From Minisyncoccota bacterium (lineage in GTDB: Bacteria; Patescibacteriota; Minisyncoccia; Phycocordibacterales; JBAYLF01), in contig JBAYLF010000004.1 of assembly GCA_041664205.1 (NCBI GenBank), positions 12,297-76,296 of the forward strand: DNA of 64,000 nt, written 5' to 3'. A program made the position numbers and the translations under genes. The notes beneath the pieces are model-generated. The model had not been told where the DNA came from. It did no database searches and worked only from the letters and a program-made list of their open reading frames with translations. Shown here one piece after another: positions 20,324-30,439 of the stretch. Numbering within the stretch: the stretch's first letter is position 1; each line of letters starts with the position of its first letter.

Positions 20324-21382
20324 ATGAAGCCAAAATATTTAATCTTTACTATCATAGGAATTATAATAATTGCTTGCGGAAGCTATTATTTTTACACCCA
20401 ACAAAGTCAAAATAATTTATTACAACAAAAAAAACAACTCGCTATTTCAGATTTCAATAGCAATAATCTAGATGACGCTATTTTAAATGCACAAGAATTA
20501 ACAAAATCAGAAAAAACAAAAGTAGAAGGACTGTTACTTTTGGCCGCTAGCTACGTTCAAAAGGGAAGTGTGGAATTTAAAGAAAAAGAATACGGAGATA
20601 AAGCTATCTCAACAGCTCAAGATGTTTTAGCAATTGAACCAAGCAACGCCGAAGCATACAGACTTATTGGATACGCAAATGAAATAGAACAAAATTATCC
20701 AGAATCTATAAAAAATTACGATAAATCAATTTCTCTCAACGCAGAAAATGCTATAGCCTTAGCAAGTAGAGGACATGCATATTATTTAATGGGTGAAAAC
20801 AAAAAAGCGGAAGAAGACTTTTTGACAGCGATATCTATTGATCCAAAAATGGAAACCGCTCTATTAAACCTAGCAAGACTTTCTTTTGAAGCAGGAGACT
20901 CTAAAAAAGCGGAAGAATATTTAGCAAAAATAGTTGATCCTAATACACCGTCTTTGGTAAAAGCCGATGCATTAACTCTTTCAGCCTTAATTAAAGGACA
21001 AAATAGCGATATTGAAGGCGCTTTAGATTCTTTCAATAAAGCTCTGGCTTTAAATCCAACATCTCCATATATCATGGTATGTATTGCACAGGTAAAAACA
21101 GCATTACTTTTCAAAAATGGCACAACAATAAAAAAGATTGATGTTGAGAAAATTATATCCGATGTAGAAGCAGCAATTTCTATTAATCCTTCTCAAACAA
21201 TAGCTTATATTACTCTCGGAAAGTTGAAAGCTTTGATTGGTGATTCCAAAGGAGCAGAGGAACAATTCAACAAAGCAAAAGCAGTTGTTGCAGAAGATAT
21301 CACATTAAATTCCATCGCGAAAAAAAATATACAAACAGAGATAGAGAATGCATTATCAATAAGTATTAAAGAGATAAAATAA
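20324..21382 (+). CDS. Membrane-anchored TPR protein
   Basis: N-terminal TM; multiple TPR units (AEAY..G, ALA.RG, A..LNP). Confidence 0.85.
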   Translation: MKPKYLIFTIIGIIIIACGSYYFYTQQSQNNLLQQKKQLAISDFNSNNLDDAILNAQELTKSEKTKVEGLLLLAASYVQKGSVEFKEKEYGDKAISTAQDVLAIEPSNAEAYRLIGYANEIEQNYPESIKNYDKSISLNAENAIALASRGHAYYLMGENKKAEEDFLTAISIDPKMETALLNLARLSFEAGDSKKAEEYLAKIVDPNTPSLVKADALTLSALIKGQNSDIEGALDSFNKALALNPTSPYIMVCIAQVKTALLFKNGTTIKKIDVEKIISDVEAAISINPSQTIAYITLGKLKALIGDSKGAEEQFNKAKAVVAEDITLNSIAKKNIQTEIENALSISIKEIK

Positions 21383-21387
21383 TTAAT

Positions 21388-22752
21388 ATGAAAAAATATA
21401 TTCTTTTTATTTTTTGTTCGCTGTTAGCTGTTAATTTATTATTTTGCGCGCCTCAAAAAGCTTCGGCAGCCTCTCGTGCAGCGGGAAGCGTTTCATATAG
21501 TGTAGATAATGGAAACGGATCAGTAACGCATTACACATTCTTTATAGTAGGAAAGGCAAAAGAAGTTTACCTCCTACTTTCAAATCCAGCAAGCACCTAT
21601 CAGTATTATTTTGCTCTTATGGGATATCCTTCTTGTGGAAACTTTACTATCTCACTAGTTGCTAAAACAACTTCATGTACTCCGCTTTATCAATGCAGTG
21701 GAAATGCTGTAGTCGAAAGATGCTCAGGAGCAACTCAGCAGTGCTCATACGGATGCTCTAACGGATCTTGTAATCCTATGCCTCCGACTCCACCACCTCC
21801 TCCACCAACTAATTTAAGTGGCTCATGCTCAACTGGTGGTAAAACTGCAAACTTCTCTTGGGTTAACGCTGCAGGCTACAACACAGTATACTTCCGGGCA
21901 GTAGATACAACATTATTCGGATGTGTAGCGCAAAACCTAAGTAACCTCTGGAATGAAGGAGTAGTAGGCACAACTTATTCTATTAATACAACACCTGGGC
22001 ACTCTTACTGCTGGTGGTTAAATACAAAAGCTTCCGATGGAAAATGGAGCACCGAAGCAAACACAAAAAACTTTACTTGTGAATGCGATAACGGCACTTC
22101 TAATCCTCCAACATGCACGAAATGCCCGAGTGGTTATAGCCTCATAAACAATGTCTGCACTCTTGTATGTTCTAACGGCGCTACAGATTATCCAACATGC
22201 ACCATATGTCCAATTGGCTATAATCTAATAAATAATATTTGCACTCCTGAATGTTCCAATGGGGCTTCTAATTATCCTACGTGCACTATATGTCCATCTG
22301 GATATACTTTAATAAATAATGCCTGCATTCCTCCTAGTTGCACTCCGAGCTACAGATGTAATGCCGACAACACAGGAGTAATAAATAGTTGCAACAACGG
22401 AACGACTCTATGCCCAACAGATCAAGTTTGCATCGAAGGTGCATGTTCTTCTTTGAAAATAAATAAATTTAATCCTAGTCCATCTCAAGTTCCAAAAAAT
22501 TCTGGATGTAATCTTGTATATGATATCTCAGGCGCACTATCGTGTAATATAACAGGAACAAACATTGGTGGGCAGGGAATTAACTCCATATCATTACCTC
22601 TGATCTCAGGCACAATAAGTAGCAGCACAAAGTCAGGACCCATTCAAACAAAAACAACATACACTCTGTCGTGCGCTGATACTGCTCATGTCATACATTC
22701 AAAGCAAGCAAACTGTTTGATGATGGTTGATATCATCTTCAATGAGTTCTAA
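21388..22752 (+). CDS. Secreted Cys-rich repeat surface protein
   Basis: Signal peptide, poly-Pro linker, three 28-aa C.NG...PTCT.CP.GY.LINN.C repeats. Confidence 0.8.
   Translation: MKKYILFIFCSLLAVNLLFCAPQKASAASRAAGSVSYSVDNGNGSVTHYTFFIVGKAKEVYLLLSNPASTYQYYFALMGYPSCGNFTISLVAKTTSCTPLYQCSGNAVVERCSGATQQCSYGCSNGSCNPMPPTPPPPPPTNLSGSCSTGGKTANFSWVNAAGYNTVYFRAVDTTLFGCVAQNLSNLWNEGVVGTTYSINTTPGHSYCWWLNTKASDGKWSTEANTKNFTCECDNGTSNPPTCTKCPSGYSLINNVCTLVCSNGATDYPTCTICPIGYNLINNICTPECSNGASNYPTCTICPSGYTLINNACIPPSCTPSYRCNADNTGVINSCNNGTTLCPTDQVCIEGACSSLKINKFNPSPSQVPKNSGCNLVYDISGALSCNITGTNIGGQGINSISLPLISGTISSSTKSGPIQTKTTYTLSCADTAHVIHSKQANCLMMVDIIFNEF
22084..22335 (+). repeat. Three 84-bp coding tandem repeats
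   Basis: Units start at 22084, 22168 and 22252. Confidence 0.85.
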
Positions 22753-22774
22753 TTAGTTAGACAAAAATCTAACA

Positions 22775-22812
22775 TCAAAAAACACCTTCTAATTTCAGAA
22801 GGTGTTTTTTGA
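22775..22812 (+). terminator. Intrinsic terminator
   Basis: tcaaaaaacaccttct/agaaggtgttttttga. Confidence 0.8.
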
Positions 22813-23082
22813 AATAAATAAATAACATATTTTATAACATTGTCAATAGTAATAATTTTTCTATCTTGATCAAACTGAAAACAAATATCTGTTTAATTGA
22901 TTAATTGTAGATTAAAAATTAATTCAAACATCATAACTAATAAGCGTTGTAGGGAAGTTTTGTAAATTTTAATCTACTACGATGTAAGAGATTTAATTTA
23001 ATTATTTGAATTATTAAATTTATTAAATAATTAAATTATTGGCCCAATCTATATAATAGGGTATTCAAAGCGGTTTTATACT

Positions 23083-23110
23083 ATGTCGCACAATATATCT
23101 TTTACGACAT
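23083..23110. other. Candidate Xer/tyrosine-recombinase (dif-like) site
   Basis: 11-6-11 layout ATGTCGCACAA-TATATC-TTTTACGACAT; arms 9/11 symmetric. Confidence 0.35.
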
Positions 23111-23589
23111 AGATATTGAAGAATAAGGACTCTAATACTATTAACTCCTTCAGATAAAACAATTGCTTAAACCGAGATGATCAATGTATCAACTTTAAAT
23201 GTATCGTTCGTCCTAGAGCGTTATAGGAGGTCAAAATTCACCTAATTCCCTCATTTAAAGACCTTATAGTATTTAATCAAAAAATAACAAAAGAAGAGTG
23301 TAACTTCATTAATACTTAAGCAAACAATCCTTATTTTTAATTAATTTAATCTATTTTTAATAGATCGAATTTTGATCTTAATAATATAAAACTTTTAATG
23401 ATAATTAAGATGCGTTTGCTTTTTTTATTGAAAGTTTAATTTAATAAACAAAAATATTTTTTATAAATATCTTACCATTGACACATACAAAATAAGATTG
23501 CATTATTTAGTAGGGCACTATTACTACCCTCTTTAAAAATAGAGAACAAAAAAGGGAAGCGATCATTGAGATCGTCTTCCCTATTTAAT

Positions 23590-24762
23590 TTAATGAACAT
23601 CATTTAAGTCTTCTAACCAAATCGGACTTAAGTCAGTTAACTGCTTTCTTTGATGATTAATAAGAAAAAATGCCTGCTGAGGTCTTTCGAAATCAGCTTT
23701 GATACTTAAAGCGTAGGCATTGTATCCAATTAGAGAACCATTACACACAAAGTTACCACCATACTTTAGCTGATGAAAATGTCCGAAAACATCAAGATTA
23801 ACAGCCCTAGATTTTTGCCATTGAGCAATAGCTTTATACGCTGGAATAAAAATACCACCAACACCGCCAGCATACCTAATATCATGACCGTGATGAAAAC
23901 GAATCACAAATCCTTCAACATCAATGAATGAGTGATAGCCTCGAGAGATCATAAATTTCACTCTAGGATTATCTGAAAAATGATCAGCTATGTTGTGATA
24001 CATTATATATTCCAAAGAATTACCGCTCTCGGTTGAATGTCTTTGTTTTTTTGTTATTCGGCCATGATTACCTGAATGGCACGGTATCACAAAATCCAAA
24101 TCTGTATTATCTAACAAAAAATTAATTCCAGAAATAATTCTTTTTTGGACTTCAAGAGTTGCATCTATAGGTAAAAGTAAATTACCTTCCATTAATTCAT
24201 CATGGATGGATCCAGAAATAAAGTCTCCTAATAAAGCCAATATCAAAGTTTTTATGTTGATACTTTTTTGTTTTGCTTCAATTAGTCTTAAGAGACTTTG
24301 AAAAAATAAAGTTGCTCTTTTTCCTGTAATCTCTAAATTAGAATTATTAAGATCATTTACAGTGCTAGGATCAACTCTTTCTTCTATATGCCAATCAGAG
24401 CCGACAGCAACCGCAGTGGCTGATGATTCCTCAGAATCGCTTCTCCTAGTAATTTTATAACAAGAAATTTCATCTTTTAAACGCCTTACAGCATCTCTTT
24501 CTTTTTCTGCTTTCTCTAAACGATCTTGAAGTAATTTTAAAGTTTTTTTGTTATATCCAACTTCTTTTGAAAGTCTAGATTTTTCAATTTCTAAATCAAG
24601 TTCATGTTCAGGATTTAAAGGTGTTAAAAGATCTTTCGCTTGGCCAATTGTAAGGCCGTGAAATTTTTTAACAAGTTCCTTTGGTAATGCTTTAGGATTC
24701 CTTTTAATAAATGTTCTAATTTTTCTTAATAGATCTTCAGATAATTGTTTCGGACTAGTCAT
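23590..24762 (-). CDS. Calcineurin-like metallophosphoesterase with N-terminal coiled coil (phage-type)
   Basis: SDWH, GDFI, GNHG, HHGH, GHFH; strong SD aaggagg. Confidence 0.8.
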   Translation of the reverse strand: MTSPKQLSEDLLRKIRTFIKRNPKALPKELVKKFHGLTIGQAKDLLTPLNPEHELDLEIEKSRLSKEVGYNKKTLKLLQDRLEKAEKERDAVRRLKDEISCYKITRRSDSEESSATAVAVGSDWHIEERVDPSTVNDLNNSNLEITGKRATLFFQSLLRLIEAKQKSINIKTLILALLGDFISGSIHDELMEGNLLLPIDATLEVQKRIISGINFLLDNTDLDFVIPCHSGNHGRITKKQRHSTESGNSLEYIMYHNIADHFSDNPRVKFMISRGYHSFIDVEGFVIRFHHGHDIRYAGGVGGIFIPAYKAIAQWQKSRAVNLDVFGHFHQLKYGGNFVCNGSLIGYNAYALSIKADFERPQQAFFLINHQRKQLTDLSPIWLEDLNDVH

Positions 24763-24914
24763 AATTTCCTCCTTATTTTGTTTTCAACGAACTCTAAAGG
24801 TTGTTTAAATCACTTCCCTATTTCCTTTCATCAACAATTATACCTGACAAAATAAAATAAAACCAAATATGGCTTGTCCTCAAAATCATTTATTTTAACT
24901 TGTCAAAACTTGAT

Positions 24915-25018
24915 TATTTCGTCGAGCGAGAAGCGCCGCGCAAACTTCTTAGTTTGCGCGGCGCTTGAGCGAAGACGAAATATAGGTTCAATTAACACCT
25001 CGCGGCTCTGCCGCGAGG
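24915..25018. repeat. Two GC-rich REP-like hairpins
   Basis: 16-bp perfect stem 24931-24946/24951-24966 inside a 9-bp outer stem; cctcgcggc/gccgcgagg 24998-25018. Confidence 0.75.
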
Positions 25019-25023
25019 AACCT

Positions 25024-25284
25024 TTATTTTCCAGAAAATGATCCGGAAAAATGACTAACAAAAGTTAGAAACTTATTGAAATAAACCAAAATAAGTTTGA
25101 TAATATCTAATACCCATACCCAAATAATTTGCATTAATTTTAGAAAATTAACAAAAAAACTTTTTACTATAGGGTTGGCGAGAATTTTTTTTATTTCATC
25201 ATTAAAATATATAAATATAACTATTCCGATAATGACAGCAATTATTGTTGAAATAAAACCTCTATTTTTTCCTGATTTATTCAT
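25024..25284 (-). CDS. Small membrane protein with prepilin-like N-terminus
   Basis: KNRGFISTIIAVIIG; hydrophobic. Confidence 0.55.
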   Translation of the reverse strand: MNKSGKNRGFISTIIAVIIGIVIFIYFNDEIKKILANPIVKSFFVNFLKLMQIIWVWVLDIIKLILVYFNKFLTFVSHFSGSFSGK

Positions 25285-25347
25285 AAATATTTTTTATTAT
25301 TTATTTACATTTTAAAATGATACACAAATTAGCACAAGTATTTTTTC

Positions 25348-26649
25348 TTAATAAGTTGGCAAATATACCATTGGATCAAGATAAGCTTTTATATCCGCCA
25401 TCGGAATAACTGCTCCCTTGCAATGAATGCTGGTATCGTAAGTCGTAACTCTAACTCCTTGAGTTGCAAAGACTCCAAAATGCAAATGTGGGCCTGTCGC
25501 ATAACCAGTATTTCCACTGTATCCTATTCTTTCTCCAGTTTTTACATTTTGACCTTGAGCAACACTTATAACAGAGAAATGCGAATAGATCGTAGATAAA
25601 CCATTATCGTGCTTTATCAGAACCCATTTTCCATATGAATAACATCCTGGAACGGCGTCAGTATTGCCTACTGCGGTCACAACTCCATTTAAAGCAGCTT
25701 TTACTTCTGTTCCGATAGAAGCTCTAAAATCAATACCGTTATGAGAGCCTGAAACATAAAGTCTTTTTGAATCAGCAGTTTGTCCAAAAAGTTGAGTAAT
25801 GAAAACATTATCTAATGGCCACGAAAGTATTGAGTGGCCAGAGCTAGGAAAACTTTTTGGATCAATCGCAATTTTGAGTTGAGATTCGTAATCAAATAAT
25901 TCTTTTTCAAATAGATCTTTCTGCTTTTTCTTTTCGGCTAAAATCTTTTGAAATTCTGCTTCTTTGTTTTTTGTTTCTGCAAGAACTTTGTCTTTTTCGT
26001 TTTTGTTATAAACAACGACTAATTTTTGATCAGATAAATTTTTCTTTTGATTTAACAAACTATCTTTTAATACTAAACTTTTGTCCTTACTTTCTTTTAA
26101 GGATTCCGTAAGATTCTTTAGTTCGTCTGCATTATTTTTTATAGCGCTTTGCAATTGCGCCATATTTTCAAGATCAGACCACACATCAGATAATACTTTC
26201 TGAGAAAGTAGATTTTCTATAAAAGATTGCGACTCCTGCTCCGATATTAATCTAAAGTTTGCAGCAAGGGCAATATAGCTTTTTTCAATATTGCTTTCTT
26301 TGCTCTTTATTTCGATTTCCAACTCTTTTATTTCCAAATTTATTCCAGAGATCTTGTTTTCTGTGACTTTTATACTTGTTTCCAGTTTTTTTCTTGTTTG
26401 TTCAAGTGTGGTTATTGTTGTTTTTAAAGTCGCTTTTTGCTTTCCAGTTTCATCTAGTTGTTTTTGATAGCCTTCAATTTCTTTTTCCAGCGCTGCAATC
26501 GTATTATTTCTGTCAGTAATTTTTTGTTTTAATTCATCTATAGTAGCAGCAAAAATATTTCCGGAAAATAGTGGCGACAATACCAAAATTATGCTTATTA
26601 TTCCAAATATCAAAAAAATACTTCGCTTTAAAAGCTTCGATTTTGCCAT
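25348..26649 (-). CDS. Coiled-coil M23 peptidase (EnvC/PcsB-like)
   Basis: Signal/TM, long coiled coil, HNGID, TGPHLHF. Confidence 0.92.
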   Translation of the reverse strand: MAKSKLLKRSIFLIFGIISIILVLSPLFSGNIFAATIDELKQKITDRNNTIAALEKEIEGYQKQLDETGKQKATLKTTITTLEQTRKKLETSIKVTENKISGINLEIKELEIEIKSKESNIEKSYIALAANFRLISEQESQSFIENLLSQKVLSDVWSDLENMAQLQSAIKNNADELKNLTESLKESKDKSLVLKDSLLNQKKNLSDQKLVVVYNKNEKDKVLAETKNKEAEFQKILAEKKKQKDLFEKELFDYESQLKIAIDPKSFPSSGHSILSWPLDNVFITQLFGQTADSKRLYVSGSHNGIDFRASIGTEVKAALNGVVTAVGNTDAVPGCYSYGKWVLIKHDNGLSTIYSHFSVISVAQGQNVKTGERIGYSGNTGYATGPHLHFGVFATQGVRVTTYDTSIHCKGAVIPMADIKAYLDPMVYLPTY

Positions 26650-26665
26650 GAATATATTATACCAC

Positions 26666-28129
26666 TTATAGAATCGATATGGCTTCTTTTATTCTAGCTA
26701 TCGATTCTTTTTTTCCTAAAATTGAAATTAAACTGAATGGATCAGGAGATTTATCCTTTCCTGAAAGCGAATATCTTATAGGCCACAACACTACCCCCCT
26801 TCCCTTCTCTGTAGCATAATCCCAAATATATTCCTTTATATTTTCTGCATCAAAATTACTGTCAGAAATACTCTCGATAATTTTTATAGCATCTTCTAAA
26901 TATTCTTTAGTTTTTTGAGCATCGCTATCTTTCCATATTATTTTTTCTTTTATCAAAACAGGCTTGTTTATAAAATAATCAAGTTCGCCATTACTTATCA
27001 TTTTTCTTAAATCGCCAAAAGTTTCGATACGTTCAAGAATTAAGGGTGATATTTTTTTTAACAATAATTCATCAGCATTAGCAAAGATCGGAAACTCATT
27101 TAAAATTTTTCTTACACTAGAAATAAAATCATTTTGAGGCATTCTTTTAATATGCTCTTTATTCACCCAAAGCAATTTTTCTTCATTTAGATTTGCTCCG
27201 CCAGTTTGAATTTTTTCTATTTTAAATAATTCTATAATTTCTTTTCTGGAAAAAATCTCTCTATCATCTCCAGCGCCTGGGTTCCAACCAATAAAAGCCA
27301 AAAAATTAAAAATAGCATCTGGCAAATAACCTTCGTTTCTGTATTCAAGAATATCTTTAGCTCCATCTCTTTTACTTAATTTCTTTTTTCCATCAGGCCC
27401 CATAATCGGTGGTAATGTAACAAATTCTGGTCTTGTTATTTCTAATGCATTATACAAAGCTATAAAGTTAGGAGTCGAAGAAATAAATTCATCGGCTCTG
27501 AAAATGTGTGTTACCCCCATCTCAAAATCATCAATAATATGAGCAAAATTGTATGTTGGGTATCCGTCACTTTTTATTAAAATAAAGTCATCAAGAGCCT
27601 CTGGACCAGCTTCTAAGTCCCCTCTTACTAAATCATGCCATTTTGTTTTTTCTACGTTTGTTATCTTGAAACGAAGCGGGGTGCTTCCGTCCCAAACTGG
27701 TGGATTTTCTGGCCTATGTTCTCTATATGAAAATGGGCGTTTTTCTTTTTCGGCAGTTTCTCTGAAAGCTTGAATTTCTTCTTTTGAATAAGGGTCAGCA
27801 TAAGCCAAACCTTTGTCAGCAAGAGTTTGAGCATACTTTTTGTATATCTCGAGTCTCTCTGATTGGATGTAAGGTGCTTTTGGTCCGCCTATATTTGGTC
27901 CTTCGTCCCAATTTAGTCCAAGCCAATTTAATGACTCTATAATATGTTCGATTGATCCTGGAACCTCCCTTTCTTTGTCTGTATCTTCTATTCTGAGAAT
28001 AAACTTTCCATTATTCTTTCTAGCAAATATCCATGCAAAAAGAGCGGTGCGAACGCCACCAATATGCATAAACCCTGTAGGACTCGGAGCAAAACGAGTC
28101 ACAATTTGTTTTTGATTTTCTTTTGTCAT
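26666..28129 (-). CDS. gltX: Glutamate--tRNA ligase
   Basis: RFAPSPTG, HIGG, KLSKR. Confidence 0.97.
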   Translation of the reverse strand: MTKENQKQIVTRFAPSPTGFMHIGGVRTALFAWIFARKNNGKFILRIEDTDKEREVPGSIEHIIESLNWLGLNWDEGPNIGGPKAPYIQSERLEIYKKYAQTLADKGLAYADPYSKEEIQAFRETAEKEKRPFSYREHRPENPPVWDGSTPLRFKITNVEKTKWHDLVRGDLEAGPEALDDFILIKSDGYPTYNFAHIIDDFEMGVTHIFRADEFISSTPNFIALYNALEITRPEFVTLPPIMGPDGKKKLSKRDGAKDILEYRNEGYLPDAIFNFLAFIGWNPGAGDDREIFSRKEIIELFKIEKIQTGGANLNEEKLLWVNKEHIKRMPQNDFISSVRKILNEFPIFANADELLLKKISPLILERIETFGDLRKMISNGELDYFINKPVLIKEKIIWKDSDAQKTKEYLEDAIKIIESISDSNFDAENIKEYIWDYATEKGRGVVLWPIRYSLSGKDKSPDPFSLISILGKKESIARIKEAISIL

Positions 28130-29260
28130 TTATTTTCCTTCGTGAGTTAGTGCCATTCCTAATATTTCGGTGGCTATAATTTTTGCTGAATCAGCGCGAG
28201 CAAATTCCTTTGCGCTTTTCGCCATTTTATCTCTATCTACTGAACTCTCCATTAGTCTTTCGATCTCAGCAGTAAATATATTAACATTTAAATTACTTTC
28301 TTCAACAACAATGCATGCTCCACTTCTAGCGTAATTATATGCATTTTTTCTTTGATGATCTCCGTTTGATTCGGTTATTGGAATAATTATTGAAGGAAGT
28401 CCCCATAAAGCTATCTCGAATATTGTTGAGCCTCCACGTGATATCACAAGAGTAGCAACACCCGCGGCCATCTTCATCGCCAAGTCATTCAAATAGCCGA
28501 AAGTTTTATAACGTTCAGAATATTGATTGTTATCCAAAACAATTCTTGCACGTCCGTTTACTTCTTCAAGATTATTTTTACCAGTTTGATGAATGATTTG
28601 ATAATTTGGCAGAAGTCTAGGTAATGCATCTACTATAATATCATTTATAATTTTTGCCCCTTGTGATCCTCCAAGCACTAGAATAACCGGCACGTCTTGT
28701 TCTAATTTTAGAAATTCATATGCGCCATTTTTTGATGGCCTAATAATTTCAGCTCTAACAGGATTCCCGGTATAAGCAACTTTTTCCTTTGGAAAATAAG
28801 AAATAGCGCTCGGATAAGAAACTGCTATCTTATTGGCAAATTTACCAGCCCATATATTTACACGCCCTGGAATACTATCTGACTCATGAATTATTATGGG
28901 AATTCGAAAAAATCTGGCAGCAAGAAGAACTGGAAAACTAGCGTATCCGCCCTTACTAAACACAATATCTGGATATATTTGAAAAACTTTTACAAAAGCT
29001 TGAATAATACCCCAGATTGTTTTTATAGAATCAGTTAGATTTAAAAGGGAAAAATAAAGTCTAATTTTTCCTGCGGAAACTCTTTTATAAATTATGTTGT
29101 TATCAAACAAGATTGAAGGATTATATGACGTCGGACCCATATAATACATATCGGCATCTAAGAGTTTATGCTCCTTCATTATTTTTCTTATCTCTTGTGC
29201 AACGGCTACTATTGGATAAAAATGACCACCTGATCCGCCTCCTGTAAAAAGTATTTTCAT
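28130..29260 (-). CDS. murG: MurG glycosyltransferase
   Basis: TGGGSGGH, KGGY, GNPVR, GGSQGA, HQ.KNA. Confidence 0.95.
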   Translation of the reverse strand: MKILFTGGGSGGHFYPIVAVAQEIRKIMKEHKLLDADMYYMGPTSYNPSILFDNNIIYKRVSAGKIRLYFSLLNLTDSIKTIWGIIQAFVKVFQIYPDIVFSKGGYASFPVLLAARFFRIPIIIHESDSIPGRVNIWAGKFANKIAVSYPSAISYFPKEKVAYTGNPVRAEIIRPSKNGAYEFLKLEQDVPVILVLGGSQGAKIINDIIVDALPRLLPNYQIIHQTGKNNLEEVNGRARIVLDNNQYSERYKTFGYLNDLAMKMAAGVATLVISRGGSTIFEIALWGLPSIIIPITESNGDHQRKNAYNYARSGACIVVEESNLNVNIFTAEIERLMESSVDRDKMAKSAKEFARADSAKIIATEILGMALTHEGK

Positions 29261-29285
29261 ATTATTTGATAATTTATGTTTAAAA

Positions 29286-30395
29286 TTAATTTCTTATTTG
29301 ATGTCTTGATACATTCAAAACTATACCGACTGAAAAAAGAACGAATAAAAGTGCTGTGCCTCCGTGACTTACAAAGAAAAGCGGAATGCCAGACAAAGGC
29401 AAAACCCCCAACATTGAACCGATATTTATAAAAGATTCAGATATTATCAGTATAACAATTCCAACGGTAACAAGTCTACCAAATTCATCAGAACTGTCGT
29501 TAGCAATCTTTAAACCACGCAAAGCAAAAAATATATAAAGAGAAATTAGTAACACGCTACCGACAAATCCAAATTCTTCAGCTGCAACAGCAAAAATTGA
29601 ATCTCCGATAGGTTCTGGAAGATAATTGAATTTTTGAACACTTTGTCCGAACCCTCTGCCAAAAGTTCCGCCCGAACCTATAGCAATAAGCGACTGCTGA
29701 ATTTGATATCCGGAATGAAGAGGGTCGCTCGAAGGATTAATATATGTAGTCAAACGATCCATAAGATATGGTCTCATGCTTGCCAGTATGAAAAGGCCAA
29801 TAGCAGATATCAAAAATAATATGAATATATCTCTCCATTTAGCACCGCTAATAAGATACATAGCAAGACCGCTCGCAAAAATTATAAAAAATGTGGCTGT
29901 GTCAGGCTGATTTAAAAGTATCAGTCCAACAATCCCTAAAATAACCACAAATGGAAGTAATCCAAACCTAAATAAATTTAAATTATTTTTAACACCAGAC
30001 AGCCAACTTGCAAAATAAATAATGAATCCAATTTTTAAAATCTCGGATGGTTGTAATGTAAAATTACCAATAATTATCCATCTTCTAGCTCCTCCCGAAA
30101 GAAGACCTATGTGGGGCACAAAGACTAAAAGATTTATTAAAATTGCAAAGAAGAAAATCCAGAATGCATTCTTTTTCCAAAATTTATAATCTATCCGCGA
30201 GTTGATAGTCATAGCAACAAGACCTAAAAAAACTCCGAAAAATATCTGCTTGAAAGCTACCATAAAAAAATCTGGACCTGATTCACCGCGTGCCCATAAA
30301 CCCATTGAAGCAGAAATAAATATAAGCAGACCTACAACAACAAGAACTATTGTTGAAATCAAAAATGGCTTATCAACTGGTTTTATAGTGGACAT
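29286..30395 (-). CDS. ftsW: SEDS peptidoglycan polymerase FtsW
   Basis: GARRW, QPSE, YQ..QS, LPEP..D.IF, SHGGT; lies between mraY and murG. Confidence 0.92.
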   Translation of the reverse strand: MSTIKPVDKPFLISTIVLVVVGLLIFISASMGLWARGESGPDFFMVAFKQIFFGVFLGLVAMTINSRIDYKFWKKNAFWIFFFAILINLLVFVPHIGLLSGGARRWIIIGNFTLQPSEILKIGFIIYFASWLSGVKNNLNLFRFGLLPFVVILGIVGLILLNQPDTATFFIIFASGLAMYLISGAKWRDIFILFLISAIGLFILASMRPYLMDRLTTYINPSSDPLHSGYQIQQSLIAIGSGGTFGRGFGQSVQKFNYLPEPIGDSIFAVAAEEFGFVGSVLLISLYIFFALRGLKIANDSSDEFGRLVTVGIVILIISESFINIGSMLGVLPLSGIPLFFVSHGGTALLFVLFSVGIVLNVSRHQIRN

Positions 30396-30439
30396 GCTAT
30401 CTAAACAAAAATATTAAATAAATAAATTTAGAATAAAAT

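Noticed and set aside
22813-23589. Replication origin
   Set aside because: AT-rich, but no DnaA-box cluster and no dnaA/dnaN.
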